Origin: Phyllobates terribilis
Taxonomy: Eukaryota
Length of the DNA: 64,000 nucleotides
Direction: 5' to 3'
NCBI RefSeq assembly: GCF_046119375.1
Contig: NW_027362773.1
Coordinates: forward strand, 244,094,001 to 244,158,000
Shown: in pieces, positions 36,947 through 49,300 of the stretch
Layout: every line of letters begins with the position of its first letter
Numbering within the stretch: position 1 is the stretch's first letter
Made by a program: the position numbers and the translations under genes
Notes under the pieces: generated by a model
Told to the model about the DNA's origin: nothing
The model's database searches: none
The model's input: only the letters and a program-made list of their open reading frames with translations

Positions 36947-37286
36947 CAGTGGGGAAAATAAGAATTTGCAAGTTTTCCCACCTACAAAGAATAGAGCGGT
37001 CTGCAATTGTACACTTCACCTGTGAGAGTTAGACTAAAAAAAATCCAGAAAATCACATTGTATGATTTAAATTAGCATTTTATTGCATGAAATATGTATT
37101 TGATACAATAGAAAAACAGAACTTAATATTTGGTACAGAAACCTTTGTTTGCAATTACAGAGGTCAGACGTTTCCTGTAGATTCTGTTTCTCTCAGGTGA
37201 AGTGTACCTATGATTAAAAAATTCAGACCTCTCCATTCTTTGTAGGTGGGAATCGACAATGTGTCAATTACATACTTTCCCCACTG
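36947..37286. mobile_element. Tc1 internal-deletion derivative (same family as 1421-2947)
   Basis: TA-CAGTGGGG...CCCCACTG-TA. It consists only of TIR sequence shared with the 1421-2947 element. Confidence 0.9.
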
Positions 37287-37380
37287 TATAATTTTAGATA
37301 GAAATAAAACAAACTTTGCATAAATCAATAGTACAAATGACAAATATAAAGTTTGTAAAATATGTTATTAGATAGCTTTA

Positions 37381-38229
37381 GGGTATGTGCACACGATGCA
37401 GAAATGCTCAGGATTTTTTCCTGAGCGTTTCTGCATCTCTCTGGCAGGAAAAAACGCATGCGGATTGTACATGCGGATTGTACATGCGGTTTCCTGCCAG
37501 GGACATGCGGAAATGAAGCGGTCTTCACTTTCATTTCCGCATGCGGGTTGACAAGCGCTTCCCAAGCGATTTTAGCATCACTTGGAAAGTGCTTGTCAAC
37601 TTTACACTATATAAATCCATGCAACCGGCATGGATTTATATAGTGTGTGAATGTAAAAAAATAAATATATACTTTACCCTCTGATGGCCCCCGGTGTCCT
37701 GCTTCGCTCGGTCCTGGCTGCCGGCAGTGAAGACTTTAGGACCTTCCGACGTCAGCGTCTCGTGACCCGTCGCATGACTCTGACGTCAGCGAAGGTCCTT
37801 CTTCATTCAAACCCGAAGTGCCGGGAACCAAGCAGGAGCGCTGCGCGGGCCGTCAGAAGGTGAGAATATATATATTTTTTATTTTATTCTTTTTTTTTTA
37901 ATGGTACCTGGGTTTGGATGAGAGTCCTTTCATCCACACCCGGGTACCATCCGCACATTAGACCGCATGAAAAGCGCATCAACATATACAGTGATGCGGA
38001 TTCCATGCGGTCTAATGCAAGTCAATGGCGGCAAAAGAGCAGCGTTTCCGCAAAATTAATTGACATGCTGCGGATTTTTGACCGCAGCGTTTACGCACAG
38101 CACATGCGGATTTCAATTGGGGAACATTGCTGCCCTTCTACCATGCGTTTTTACTGCGTTTCCGCGGCGTTTACGCAACTGCAAAAACGCAGCGGAAACG
38201 CATGAAAAACGCATCGTGTGAACTCAGCC
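37381..38229. mobile_element. PIF/Harbinger-type MITE
   Basis: TTA-GGGTATGTGCACACGATG...CATCGTGTGAACTCAGCC-TTA (perfect 3-bp TSD). Related to 56019-56894. Confidence 0.9.
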
Positions 38230-38625
38230 TTACTTTGAATTTCCAATCTCAGGATTTTCTTAGGGTACAGCTCACTAAATGCTTCACAGTCTATGAAGAG
38301 GGGAGGAGGGAGGGAGCAAGTTTGTTGTGTATCATACTCCAGGAACAAAGAAACTGATAACACAGCTAATAACTTGATGTTTTGGCTTCTATACCTATAC
38401 ATCAATCCTGTTGCTGTATTTTCCCTGTATATTGTATAGAAGCTAGCTTCCCAAAAGTATGAGCTCAAAGAAAAAACAAACAAGCATCAAGCATACAGAG
38501 AGAACATACAGTATACTATTGATTTATGCACAGTTTATTGAAAGTTTAAATATGCTTTAAGAAGTAATTACCTTAATCTTGTTATCCTGTTCACTCTAGC
38601 AATTCTTCTGAGATGAGTGGCTACG

Positions 38626-38960
38626 GCCATTATTCACACACAATGTTTTTGCGGATCCGTTTTTTTGCAGTAAAATGCAGTGACTCTGGGGATCCCAGCA
38701 AAGTAAGTGGGTTTCAAGATATGGCATTCAGACACATCGTTTTGTGAGGATCCGTTTTTGGGCTCAAAAACGGATCCTCACAAAGAATGAGCATGTCAGT
38801 TTGTGCGGCGTTTTTCTAATCTGCTTTTGCTATTGAAAACATTATCTATGAGCTCAAAAACCTTTCAGGTGATGCGGTTTTTTAAAAAGCTGATCAGCTT
38901 TTGCAGCTGAAAAACGTATCCTCAAAAAACGCAGCAAAAACGCTGTGTATGAATGTAGCC
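38626..38960. mobile_element. Harbinger-type MITE
   Basis: Degenerate ..ATTCACAC / GTGTATGAATGTAGCC-TTA termini with internal palindromes. Confidence 0.65.
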
Positions 38961-41326
38961 TTAGATCGGGAATAGAACAGCCATTTATAGGACATTTCAT
39001 AACTTTCCCAAATTCTTCTGAAAAAAATATTCAGCACATTCTGCATTAAACTACTATACCCAATTTATTATATATTTTAGGAGTCAGTCCATTTTATACC
39101 GACTCCTCCAAAATGAGCACCGACTCCGACTCCACAGCCCTGCTTACAATTGCTCCTTTTGCCTTTCTACACAGCTAATTCTTCCTTTTTCTGTTATGTC
39201 TATGGCATCATGTGAATAAAAACTAACTAGCTGAATCCTTCTACCTCTATGTAGGAACAGGAGGTCAATTTAACTCTGCTTGAGTCATAAGTCACTGCTA
39301 AAATCAATTGTAGGGGGGAAAGGGAGCAGCTGGGTTAGGAGTTGAAGAGGGGAATGATAAATGCTGGGACAAGAGATTGTGTTTCTACATAAAGCAGAGA
39401 AAAGAGAAGAATTAGCTGGATAGAAAGGCAAAATGAGCAATTGTAAGTATACAGTGCTATATAATATGATTGCAATATATTAAGAGGATAAAAGCTTTGA
39501 TGGGAAAAGTGCTTCATTAATTACTTTTGTGTGTGCAGTGATGCTATATATGTTTTATTTTCAATGGGGGGGGGGGAAGGTAGGTGATTTGAACTGCTAT
39601 GTATTTTTTTTAAGACCCTTTTTTTAGTCCCCTTTGAGGATTGGAACCTGCATTCATCTGATCACTTTTATTTACAGCAATACCACAGCTTCGCTGCATA
39701 TAGTGAAAAACAGTCCTCTGTTTTAAGGGGAGCTCTGTGATGATTGGCATGAAGGTCTTTAACAGACCCCTGGCCATCATAGCAACCCGTTGGCACCCCG
39801 CAACGGGTGCGCTGATAGGCTCATAAAATGATGCGCCCCCATGCTACCGCGCTGTTAATGCCGCTGCTTTTAACAGGTTAACAGTTGAGTTCGGAATTCA
39901 AATCGCCTCCATTTTCTTCCATTAAAAATAAAAAAAATAAAAAGTTTAAAAAAAATAAAAATACTTATTATTGCCGTGTCCATCAAAATATAAAATTAAT
40001 GGAACTAAATCAAACATCCCCTTCCCCAACATATTTCCCATCCTGTGCTGATGAGTATGAAAGTTAAATATAATCTGGCAGCCATAGCAAATAAACTACT
40101 TGGGACATTGCATAACTGCAACCATTGATCAATCCTATCCAGCAAATTATGTTCCCATGGTGAAATCATTCCTCGGATATCTTAATCGTGTTGAAAAGTG
40201 AGTCCTGGATCGGACGGATAGCAGCTTTCCAAATGCTCTCTACCAAAAATGTGAATTATTTTCCGTAATCTACCCATTCTCCTGCCAGTTATTTATTTAT
40301 TTATTTTTAATCAGACAAAAAAAAATCCTAAACCAGTTAATCTGGACATCTAGGAAACCTAGAATTGCCACTAAAATACTGACCAAAAATCTGCAGACTC
40401 CAACTTCCCAATGTAATTGATTACTGTTTTGCTTCTCAATTTTTTTTTCAAACTTTTGCAAATGTTGATGGGTGGGAGACACCTCTGAACACTGGAATCA
40501 TCTCACCCCTACGAAAAACCCCAAATCTTTACTCATTACATCCATATCCAAACACCTTCCTGTGCCCGCAATGTCGTACGCCAATTCCACTTCTTTGCAG
40601 ATCTTCTGAATGCCCAAGTTCATTACTGTTAATTACGTCTTACAGTTCCAGCCAAGTGGATGGGATTTATAGAAATCACACGCCCTCTGTGCTTTTCTTT
40701 ATGGAGTGTAAACTGACCCTCGGTGCGTGTTTCAAATCCGCATAATGTCAATTTCCCTTGTGGGTACGCTGAGATTTATATACAGATTTTTCCCATAGAC
40801 TTACATTAGCTGCATAAAATCCACAAAATGCACGTGCGTTTTCAGTGCGTTTCCGCGTGTAATCCGCACATTACTATACCAATAAAGTTTTGTCAAAGCC
40901 AAATACCAGGAAGTATCTAAAGCAAAGCAGCTTTATTTAAAACATGACATACTAACGAGACAAAAAATGCAAGTAACCTATTTTACTTAACAGGTGGAGA
41001 AAATCTACATCATAAACTTGCCAAAGCTGTTCCAGGGAACGGAGCCTAAGGCTTCTGATTTTCTTTAACTCTGAAATTAGACTGAGTGCTCAAACTTTCT
41101 AAGGCTTAATTCACATTGCTTTTATAGTCAACGCTGGATCGATATTCTAGAGAAGTAAATGCTCGACTATAGTGATGCTTAGTCATCCGCCATGATGACC
41201 TTTATCAAAAATGTGTACACGGTTGTGTCCCCCCCCCCCCCGCAGTGGCCCTCTTTATGAGAAAGGGGGATATTCGTCAAGGCATGCAGACGTGTATACC
41301 AATACGTGTACGTCAAAGCAACTTAA

Positions 41327-42178
41327 AGGGAACCTGTCACCTTAAAAAAAAAAAAGCATGCTGTTAATCTGCAGGTTAATAGCGTTGTGAACCTGTCCGG
41401 CGCCTGCACTTAAACTCCTGCGTCCTGTGGAAATTTACTTTATTCTTCCCAGCAGGATTCCTGTTTATAACAGAGGTGGCGCCAGTGCAGGTTCAGTCAC
41501 CGCTCTATGTATAAAGAGCAGCGACTGTAACTGCATCCCTGACCCCGACTGACAGCAGCTCCGCGTTAGGGCCGACTGTCAGTCATTGCTGGGAGCGCAG
41601 TTACCGCCAGAGCTCTCTACACAGAGCGGTGACTGAACTTGCGCCGCTGCTGGGAAGAATAAAGTTCTTTTCTTCCTGGTAGTGGTGGTCGAAGTGCAGG
41701 CGCCGGGTAGGTTTACAACGCTACTTTATAAAAAATAAATAAATAAAACTAACAGCAACCCAAAGAGATGGACTGCAATTTAACCTGGTGTGCATATGTT
41801 CACACCGACGACTAAACTGACTAAACCCAAGATAAAAACATAATAAGCAAATACCCTGCAGTAAATAGATAAACAGCAATAGTGCATGTAAATAATATAG
41901 GGTGTTTAGATAACATAATTTTGTTTAAAAAAAAAAAAAAAAAAAAAAAAAGTATAAGCCATCCCACCACGTCACAGTGACCCCATTCGGGACGGTCCTA
42001 ACCTCTAATATTAAAACCTTACCATTTGTCAAGTGATGTGCGTGTGGATAAGGGCTGAGAAGAACTGAACTTGGCTAATGGTCACCCAGCCATGTCTTGG
42101 GCTTTCATAACACTATTAACCCGCAGATTAACCCCACATTTGCAGGTTAATAGTGTTTTTTCAGGTGACAGGTTCCCT
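41327..42178. mobile_element. T2/Kolobok-type MITE with an internal A-rich insertion
   Basis: TTAA-AGGGAACCTGTCACC...GGTGACAGGTTCCCT-TTAT. Confidence 0.8.
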
Positions 42179-42236
42179 TTATATTGGGGTCACTTACTGT
42201 ATGATTACCTAGGTCTCGCCTGGCCTCAGGTTATGT

Positions 42237-44975
42237 AATCATAGAATCATAGAATGGTAGAGTTGGAAGGGACCTCCTGGGTCATCTGGTCCAACCCCCT
42301 GCTCAAAGCAGGATTCACTAGATCATCTCAGACAGATGTCTGTCCAGCCTCTGTTTGAAGACGTCCATTGAAGGGGAACTCACCACCTCTCGTGGCAGCC
42401 TGTTCCACTCATTAATCACCCTAACTGTCAAAAAGTTTTTTCTAATATCTAATCTGTGTCTCCTCCCATTTAGTTTCATCCCATTGCTTCTAGTCTTTCC
42501 TTGTGCAAATAAGAATAAAGATGATCCTTCTACAATGTGACAGCCCTTGACATATTTGTAGACAGCTATTAAGTCTCCTCCCAGTCTTCTTTTTTGCAAG
42601 CTAAACATTCCCAAATCCTGCAACCGTTCCTCATAGGACATGGTTTGCAGACCAGTCACCATTCTGGTCGCTCTTCTCTGAACTTGCTCTAGTTTGTCTA
42701 TGTCTTTTTTAAAATGTGGTGCCCAAAACTGTACACAGTATTCCAGATGAGGTCTGACCAAAGAGGAGTAAAGACCGATAATGACTTCACGTGATCTAGA
42801 CTGTATGCTTCTGTTAATACATCCCAGAATTGTATTTGCCTTTTTTGCTGCTGCATCACACTGTTGACTCATGTTCAGTCTATGATCTATTAGTATACCT
42901 AAGTCTTTTTCACATGTACTGTTGCTTAGCTCTATTCCTCCCATTCTGTATATGCTTTTTTCATTTTTATTGCCCAGATGTAGTACTTTGCATTTTTCCC
43001 TGTTAAAAACCATTCTGTTGGTTGCTGCCCACTGCTCCAGTTTATTTAGGTCTTTTTGAATCCTCTCTCTCTCTTCTCTAGTATTAGCTATCCCTCCTAG
43101 CTTTGTGTCATCAGCAAATTTAATCAGTTTACCCTCAATTCCTTCATCTAAATCATTGATAAAGATGTTGAACAATACAGGTCCCAGGACGGAGCCCTGT
43201 GGTACCCCACTTGAGACATTCATCCAGCTGGATGTGAAGCCATTTACAACCACCCTTTGAGTCCGATCACTAAGCCAGTTATGAATCCACCTAACAGTTG
43301 CCTGGTCCATTGCATACTTGGTCATTTTTTCAATAAGGATGGTGTGAGATACTTTGTCAAATGCTTTGCTGAAGTCAAGATATACTATATCTACAGCATT
43401 TCCCTGATCCACCCATTCAGTGATTCTGTCATAGAAGGAAATTAAGTTAGTCTGTCATGACTTGTTAGTTACAAACCCATGCTGACTCTGGTTAATCACT
43501 TCATTCTTATCCATGTACTTACATACATGTTGTTTAATAATTTGTTCAAAGATCTTTCCTGGTATAGAAGTCAGACTCACCGGCCTATAGTTCCCTGGGT
43601 CCACCTTCTTCCCCTTTTTGAAGATAGGAACAACATTTGCTCTTCTCCAGTCTTCTGGGACTTCTCCTGTTCTCCAAGAATTTTCAAAGATTATGGAGAG
43701 TGGTTCTAAAATTTCTTCTACGATCTCCTTCAGTACTCTGGGGTGTAATTCATCTGGACCTGGAGACTTGAACTCATTTATGTTAGCTAAATATTCCCTC
43801 ACAATCTTTCTGTTTACAGATAACTTGGATTCTTCTATTCCTTTAAAAGGACAGTGAAGATCAGTTGATGTTACATTTTCTTTCTGAGAGAAAACAGATG
43901 CAAAATAGGAATTAAAAAGTTCGGCCTTCTCAACATCCTCTCTTACCATTTCTCCATTTTCATCCTGTAAAAATCCTATAGCATCTTTGACTTTTCTTTT
44001 ACTTTTGACATACCCCCAAAATCCTTTTTTATTGCTTTTGACATCTCTTGCAAGCCTTAATTCATTGTCAGCTTTAGCTAACCTGATACGTGCCCTGCAG
44101 GATCTGCAGACTGCATTATAATCTTCTTTAGATATGCCTCCCTCTTTCCATTTAATAAACATTTCTTTCTTTCTTTTTAGCATGTGTTTAAGTTCTGTGT
44201 TCATCCATCCTGGTTTCCTTAAATGCTTCCCATTCTTCCTACTTTTCGGGATTGTTAATGATTGTGCTTTGAGAATCTCATTTTTAAAAATTTCCCATCC
44301 TTCCTGGACATTTTTGTCCTTAAGGACATCCAGCCATTGGATCCCTCCTATTCTCTTTCTGAGTCTCTTAAAATCTGCCTTTCTAAAATCTAACCTTGAA
44401 GTTTGAGTCTTCACATGTCTTCCTCCTCTAGTTATCCAAAATTCTATAATGGCATGATCGCTGCCTCCTAGGGTCCCAGCCACCTTTACCTCCTCAACCA
44501 TTTCCTCCCTGTTTATAAGGATTAGATCCAAAGTAGCAGATCCCCTTGTTTTCTCCCCTACCTTTTGGAAGATAAAGTTGTCAGCAAGAGAGGATAAGAA
44601 TTTTCTTGACCTGTTAGTTTTACTTGAGAGAGATTCCCAACAAATGTCTGGATAGTTGAAATCTCCCATGACCACTACGTCATATTTTTTGGAGAACTTG
44701 GTCATTTGATACATAAAGAGTTCATCCATATCTTCAGCTTGCCCAGGTGGCCTGTAGTAAATGCCTACAATGGTGTCCTTTCCGTTGTTCTCTCCTTGTA
44801 TTCTTACCCAAACAGTTTCCACAGAACTCCCAGTCTCTGAAGCTTCAATCTCTGTGCAGATATACGCTTTTCTAACATACAATGCAACACCTCCTCCTCG
44901 TTTATCAAGTCTGTTTCTTGCAAATAAGTTGTAGCCTTTTAGCCTTTTATTCCAATCATGTGTATCGTCCCACGG
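42237..44975 (-). mobile_element. CR1 LINE, 5'-truncated, ORF2 (endonuclease C-terminal part plus RT) broken by a single stop
   Basis: ORFs 43455-44882 and 42318-43412 are in the same frame, separated by TGA in KS*QTNL. Motifs are GDFNYPDI, GVPQGSVLGPVLFNIFINDL and FADD. The 3' tail is (ATTCTATG)n. Confidence 0.97.
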
Positions 44976-46371
44976 CCCAATAGGTGTGAATTGGGGAGGA
45001 TGTCAATGGTTGGCCGAGCTGGACTCTGCATCACTATGCCTCCTTGAACGTGTGATGAAGCCGGGTGTACTCTCCCTGGCTTCATCAGGATCCTAGGATG
45101 TGTGATCTCTGATTCTGGCCATTGCAGCAGGGAGCTTAGCGGTTGAGCTCACTTGCTACATCCCCCAACCCTCCATGACTTCTGAACACTTATGGTGGAT
45201 ATCAGGAAGGAGTAACCTTTTAGGGCTCGCTCACACTAGCAAATTGGATGAGTGCAATCCGATAAAAAAATCAAATTGCTGTAAGACCAATGTTGTTCAT
45301 TGAGGAAGTGCAGATCTGCGTATTTTTTTTCTCAGTTGTATTGCGCATGCTGCGATATTTCACCAGAATCTGATGGGTGCGAGAAAAAAAAATGCATGCC
45401 ATACGGAGCATCAGTATCGCGTCCGATTTTTATGGGTATATTACAATTCTGTAAGATGTTCACACTAGGTGTTTTTTTTTTATGCATGTTTTTTTTTTTT
45501 GCAAATTTTCAGCTGCTTTTTACAGTACCAGCAAAGTCTGAGATTTCCGAAATCTCATGCACACACATTGGTTTTTGTCAGCCGTATTTTGTGCTTTGCA
45601 TGTTTTTTTGCACAATAGAACATGTCACTTTCAGCGTTTTTCTGTGTTTTTCACCCATTGAAAGTAATGGGTGGTGAAAAAACGCATAGTGTGAACATGG
45701 CTATCAGGTTTTGCTGTGTTTTTAGTGAAAAAAAGCAAGTACAACAGTATGTGAAACTCATTTATTTCTGTGATTTTTACCATCTTGTCTTGGTCACCTG
45801 AGATGGCAGCTTGTATTAGGACAATTAAATTAGTGATGTGTACAATTTTAAATATTGGCTGAGCTAGGTGTGAGATTGAACAATACCTGTGGCCCACGGA
45901 GGTGTGAAATTGAACAATCTCTGAGCAACTGAATGGCGATCATAGTGTGAAAATAGTGTCCTACAAACTCAATGCACTGCCAATGTTTTAGAAAAACTAT
46001 TCATGAACAATTCACCTCCCCCCGCTGTTAGATTTGTAATTCTGGTTAATATGGTGTCACATATGTCTTGCATTGGTGACCTGTGTTCATGCTTCTGTGG
46101 TGGAAGCAAAGCTGAACTTTGGGATCCTGAAAAACGCAGCAAAAAAACGCACAAAAAACCTGCGTTTTTGATGCAGCTTCTTTCCTGCTAAGAGATCCTG
46201 TTTTGCTGCATTAAAAAAAAAAAAAAAAAAAAACGCTGAAAAAACGCCTAGTGTGAACATAGCCTATGTCTGATATTCTAGACTTTGCAAGCATAAAATA
46301 ATGGCTGATTAAGAATAAAATACTTTTGCTTATATATCTAATAACATTTTTCCTTTCTCAGGCAGATCAAT

Positions 46372-49300
46372 ATGTCGTCTTGGGTGAAAGTCACTAGGGA
46401 TCAGCCGCAGAAGCCCGCAGCTGGCAAAAAGTAAGTGCTGAATGTACTTTGTATGCAGAAGCGTAGGGCCGTGTTCATACAAGGCCTGTTTGTTACTGAT
46501 ATCCGTTCTCGGCATCCGATGGGGATGTTTGTCACCCAGCACATGGAGACCCTTTTTATATGAATGAAACATTGTCAGACATTTCTGCAAAAAATTGTGA
46601 GTGTAAATCCAGCAGTAGGTGTTATTTGCTGTCTGTCTTCCATTTTTTTGCGTTACGCTTAGGTAAAAAGTTTCTTTGAGACTATAGGAAATATGACTCG
46701 TTTATGTGACCTCCATACATATCTATGGCAGGGCAATAAAATATGACACCATATTAATAAGATGCTGGGAGTCCTAGATCTGAGGGCTGCCTCATATAAA
46801 CAAGTCATAAGAAGGCTGCCACTGGGGAAGATGGTGCTAAAATAAGACGGCTATGACACACATACTCAATTCCTATAGGACCACCCAGCTTTTCTTCAGG
46901 GGCCTTCACTGAGTTCCACATTTACTTTCTTTTCAAAGGGGATATGAGTTTGAGTTTCTTTTTTTATATCGATAAGCCCAAGGTAGTTCTCAGTTTTTAT
47001 TTTACACGTTACCACCAGTATGTTATGTCAAATATAGAAAAATAAAACACACATTTTACTTGCTGTCATTGTTAGTAGACTGCAGGCTGTATTTGTAAGG
47101 AGTCTTTCACTTATATAATTGTTTAACCCCTTCCTGACTTGTGACCTACATGTACATTACACTTGGGGATGCGGGTGTATGGAGCAGGCTCAAGAGCTGA
47201 GCCTGCACCACACTAGGCAGATGCTGGCTCTACCAGGCAGCTGACATGCCTGCTGAAGGCCCCCGTGGCTGCTATATTGGTACAAGCAGAGTCTGGGGGT
47301 CATAAAGATTAAGCTATCAAACTATCACATGTCAAAAAAAGAAATCGCTGTAGAGCAGGGATGTTAAATGAAAACACACAGGGCCAAAATAAAAAACTTG
47401 GACAAAGTAACGAGCCAACCAGTATACAGTATAATGGCCTCCATACAGAATAGTGGGCCCCACACAGGCCTCCATACAGAATAGTGGGCCCTCACGCAGG
47501 CCTCCATACGGAGTAGTGGGCCCTCACGCAGGCCTCCATACGGAGTAGTGGGCCCTCACGCAGGCCTCCATACGGAGTAGTGGGCCCTCACGCAGGCCAC
47601 CATGCGGAGTAGTGGGCCCTCACGCAGGCCACCATGCGGAGTAGTGGGCCCTCACGCAGGCCACCATGCGGAGTAGTGGGCCCTCACGCAGGCCACCATG
47701 CGGAGTAGTGGGCCCTCACGCAGGCCACCATGCGGAGTAGTGGGCCCTCACGCAGGCCACCATGCGGAGTAGTGGGCCCTCACGCAGGCCACCATGCGGA
47801 GTAGTGGGCCCTCACGCAGGCCACCATGCGGAGTAGTGGGCCCTCACGCAGGCCTCCATGCGGAGTAGTGGGCCCTCACGCAGGCCTCCATGCGGAGTAG
47901 TGGGCCCTCACGCAGGCCTCCATGCGGAGTAGTGGGCCCTCACGCAGGCCTCCATGCGGAGTAGTGGGCCCTCACGCAGGCCTCCATGCGGAGTAGTGGG
48001 CCCTCACGCAGGCCTCCATGCGGAGTAGTGGGCCCTCACGCAGGCCTCCATGCGGAGTAGTGGGCCCTCACGCAGGCCTCCATGCGGAGTAGTGGGCCCT
48101 CACGCAGGCCTCCATGCGGAGTAGTGGGCCCTCACGCAGGCCTCCATGCGGAGTAGTGGGCCCTCACGCAGGCCTCCATGCGGAGTAGTGGGCCCTCACG
48201 CAGGCCTCCATGCGGAGTAGTGGGCCCTCACGCAGGCCTCCATGCGGAGTAGTGGGCCCCACATAGGGGTGGTGGTTCTGATGTTGTGGGCCAAATCAAA
48301 CCACCCTGCGGGTCAGAGTTTAACATGTATGCTGTAGAGACAGAGTGCTGTAGAGAAAGAGAAAACAAAACTCCAGACTTGCCACTTTTCAGTTTCCACG
48401 CATCACCCCCCCCCATCAAAGAATACTTTTAAAAAGAAATTAAAATATTGTTTTTAACCCAAAAGGATGTCAATAAAACCGTCAGGTTTGTTGACAAAAA
48501 AAATAAAGTAACAGGTGTCAGAAAATGGCACAATTATTATTTATAGTTTTATTATTTTCTATTCCTTTTGTGTATAAAAAAGAATCAGAGTTTTTTTCAT
48601 CAGCAAACAAAAATAATATACCAGTTTGGTATCACCTATTTTACTAACCTGGGTAATCATACTGCCAGGTTATTGTTGTCAGAAAATGAGCGCTGTGAAA
48701 ACATAAAGCCAAAAAAACAACGGCAAAACTGGTTTGTTGTTTTTTCACCATTTCACAAGCACTTGGAATTTTTTCCCACCTGTTTTCCAGTACATCATAT
48801 GCTAAAATAACAATATCATTCTAAGTTACAATTAGTCCTTCCAGAAAAAAAAAAAAAAGCCCCAATACAGCCATGTCGGCCGGAAAATGAAAAATGTATG
48901 TCTCTTGGAAGAAGTAAAGGAAAAAACAAGAATGCGGGGGGGGGGAGGGGGGATTGAAGTTGTTAAATCCACTTCATATAATTTTGCGCTGCAGTTTTTC
49001 ACTAGGGGTCTCCCTTTTTGCAATGTGTAGGGAGAAAACAAAAGGAGAATTCATGACGACAAAACTGCGTGTAATTCCGCTGAGGATTTGCCATGGAGCC
49101 GCATATATCACCCTGCATAGGGCTGTGATGTGTAGGGCTTTTTTATATATTGGCATGCATTGCTTATTTCTAGTTGCCCTTAAATTTTGCATAGAATGTG
49201 CATTAGTACAATTTGTTTTGTAATCTCTGCAGATTTTCCCAATTTCTCCATCAGATATTTCCCCATGACATCTCCCTCTGTCATCCAGGCCTTCCATTAG

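Larger units (their letters stand above)
32283..39142 (-). mobile_element. hAT-superfamily DNA transposon with nested insertions
   Basis: The right end is ..CCGACTCCGACTCCACAGCCCTG (39142) and the degenerate left end is TAGCACTGTGGAGTC (32283). There are subterminal GACTCC repeats and an internal hAT transposase. The 8-bp flanks do not match as a TSD. Confidence 0.8.

Noticed and set aside
40080-40630. Possible old LINE or retroelement coding fragment
   Set aside because: No diagnostic motif could be read in any frame.
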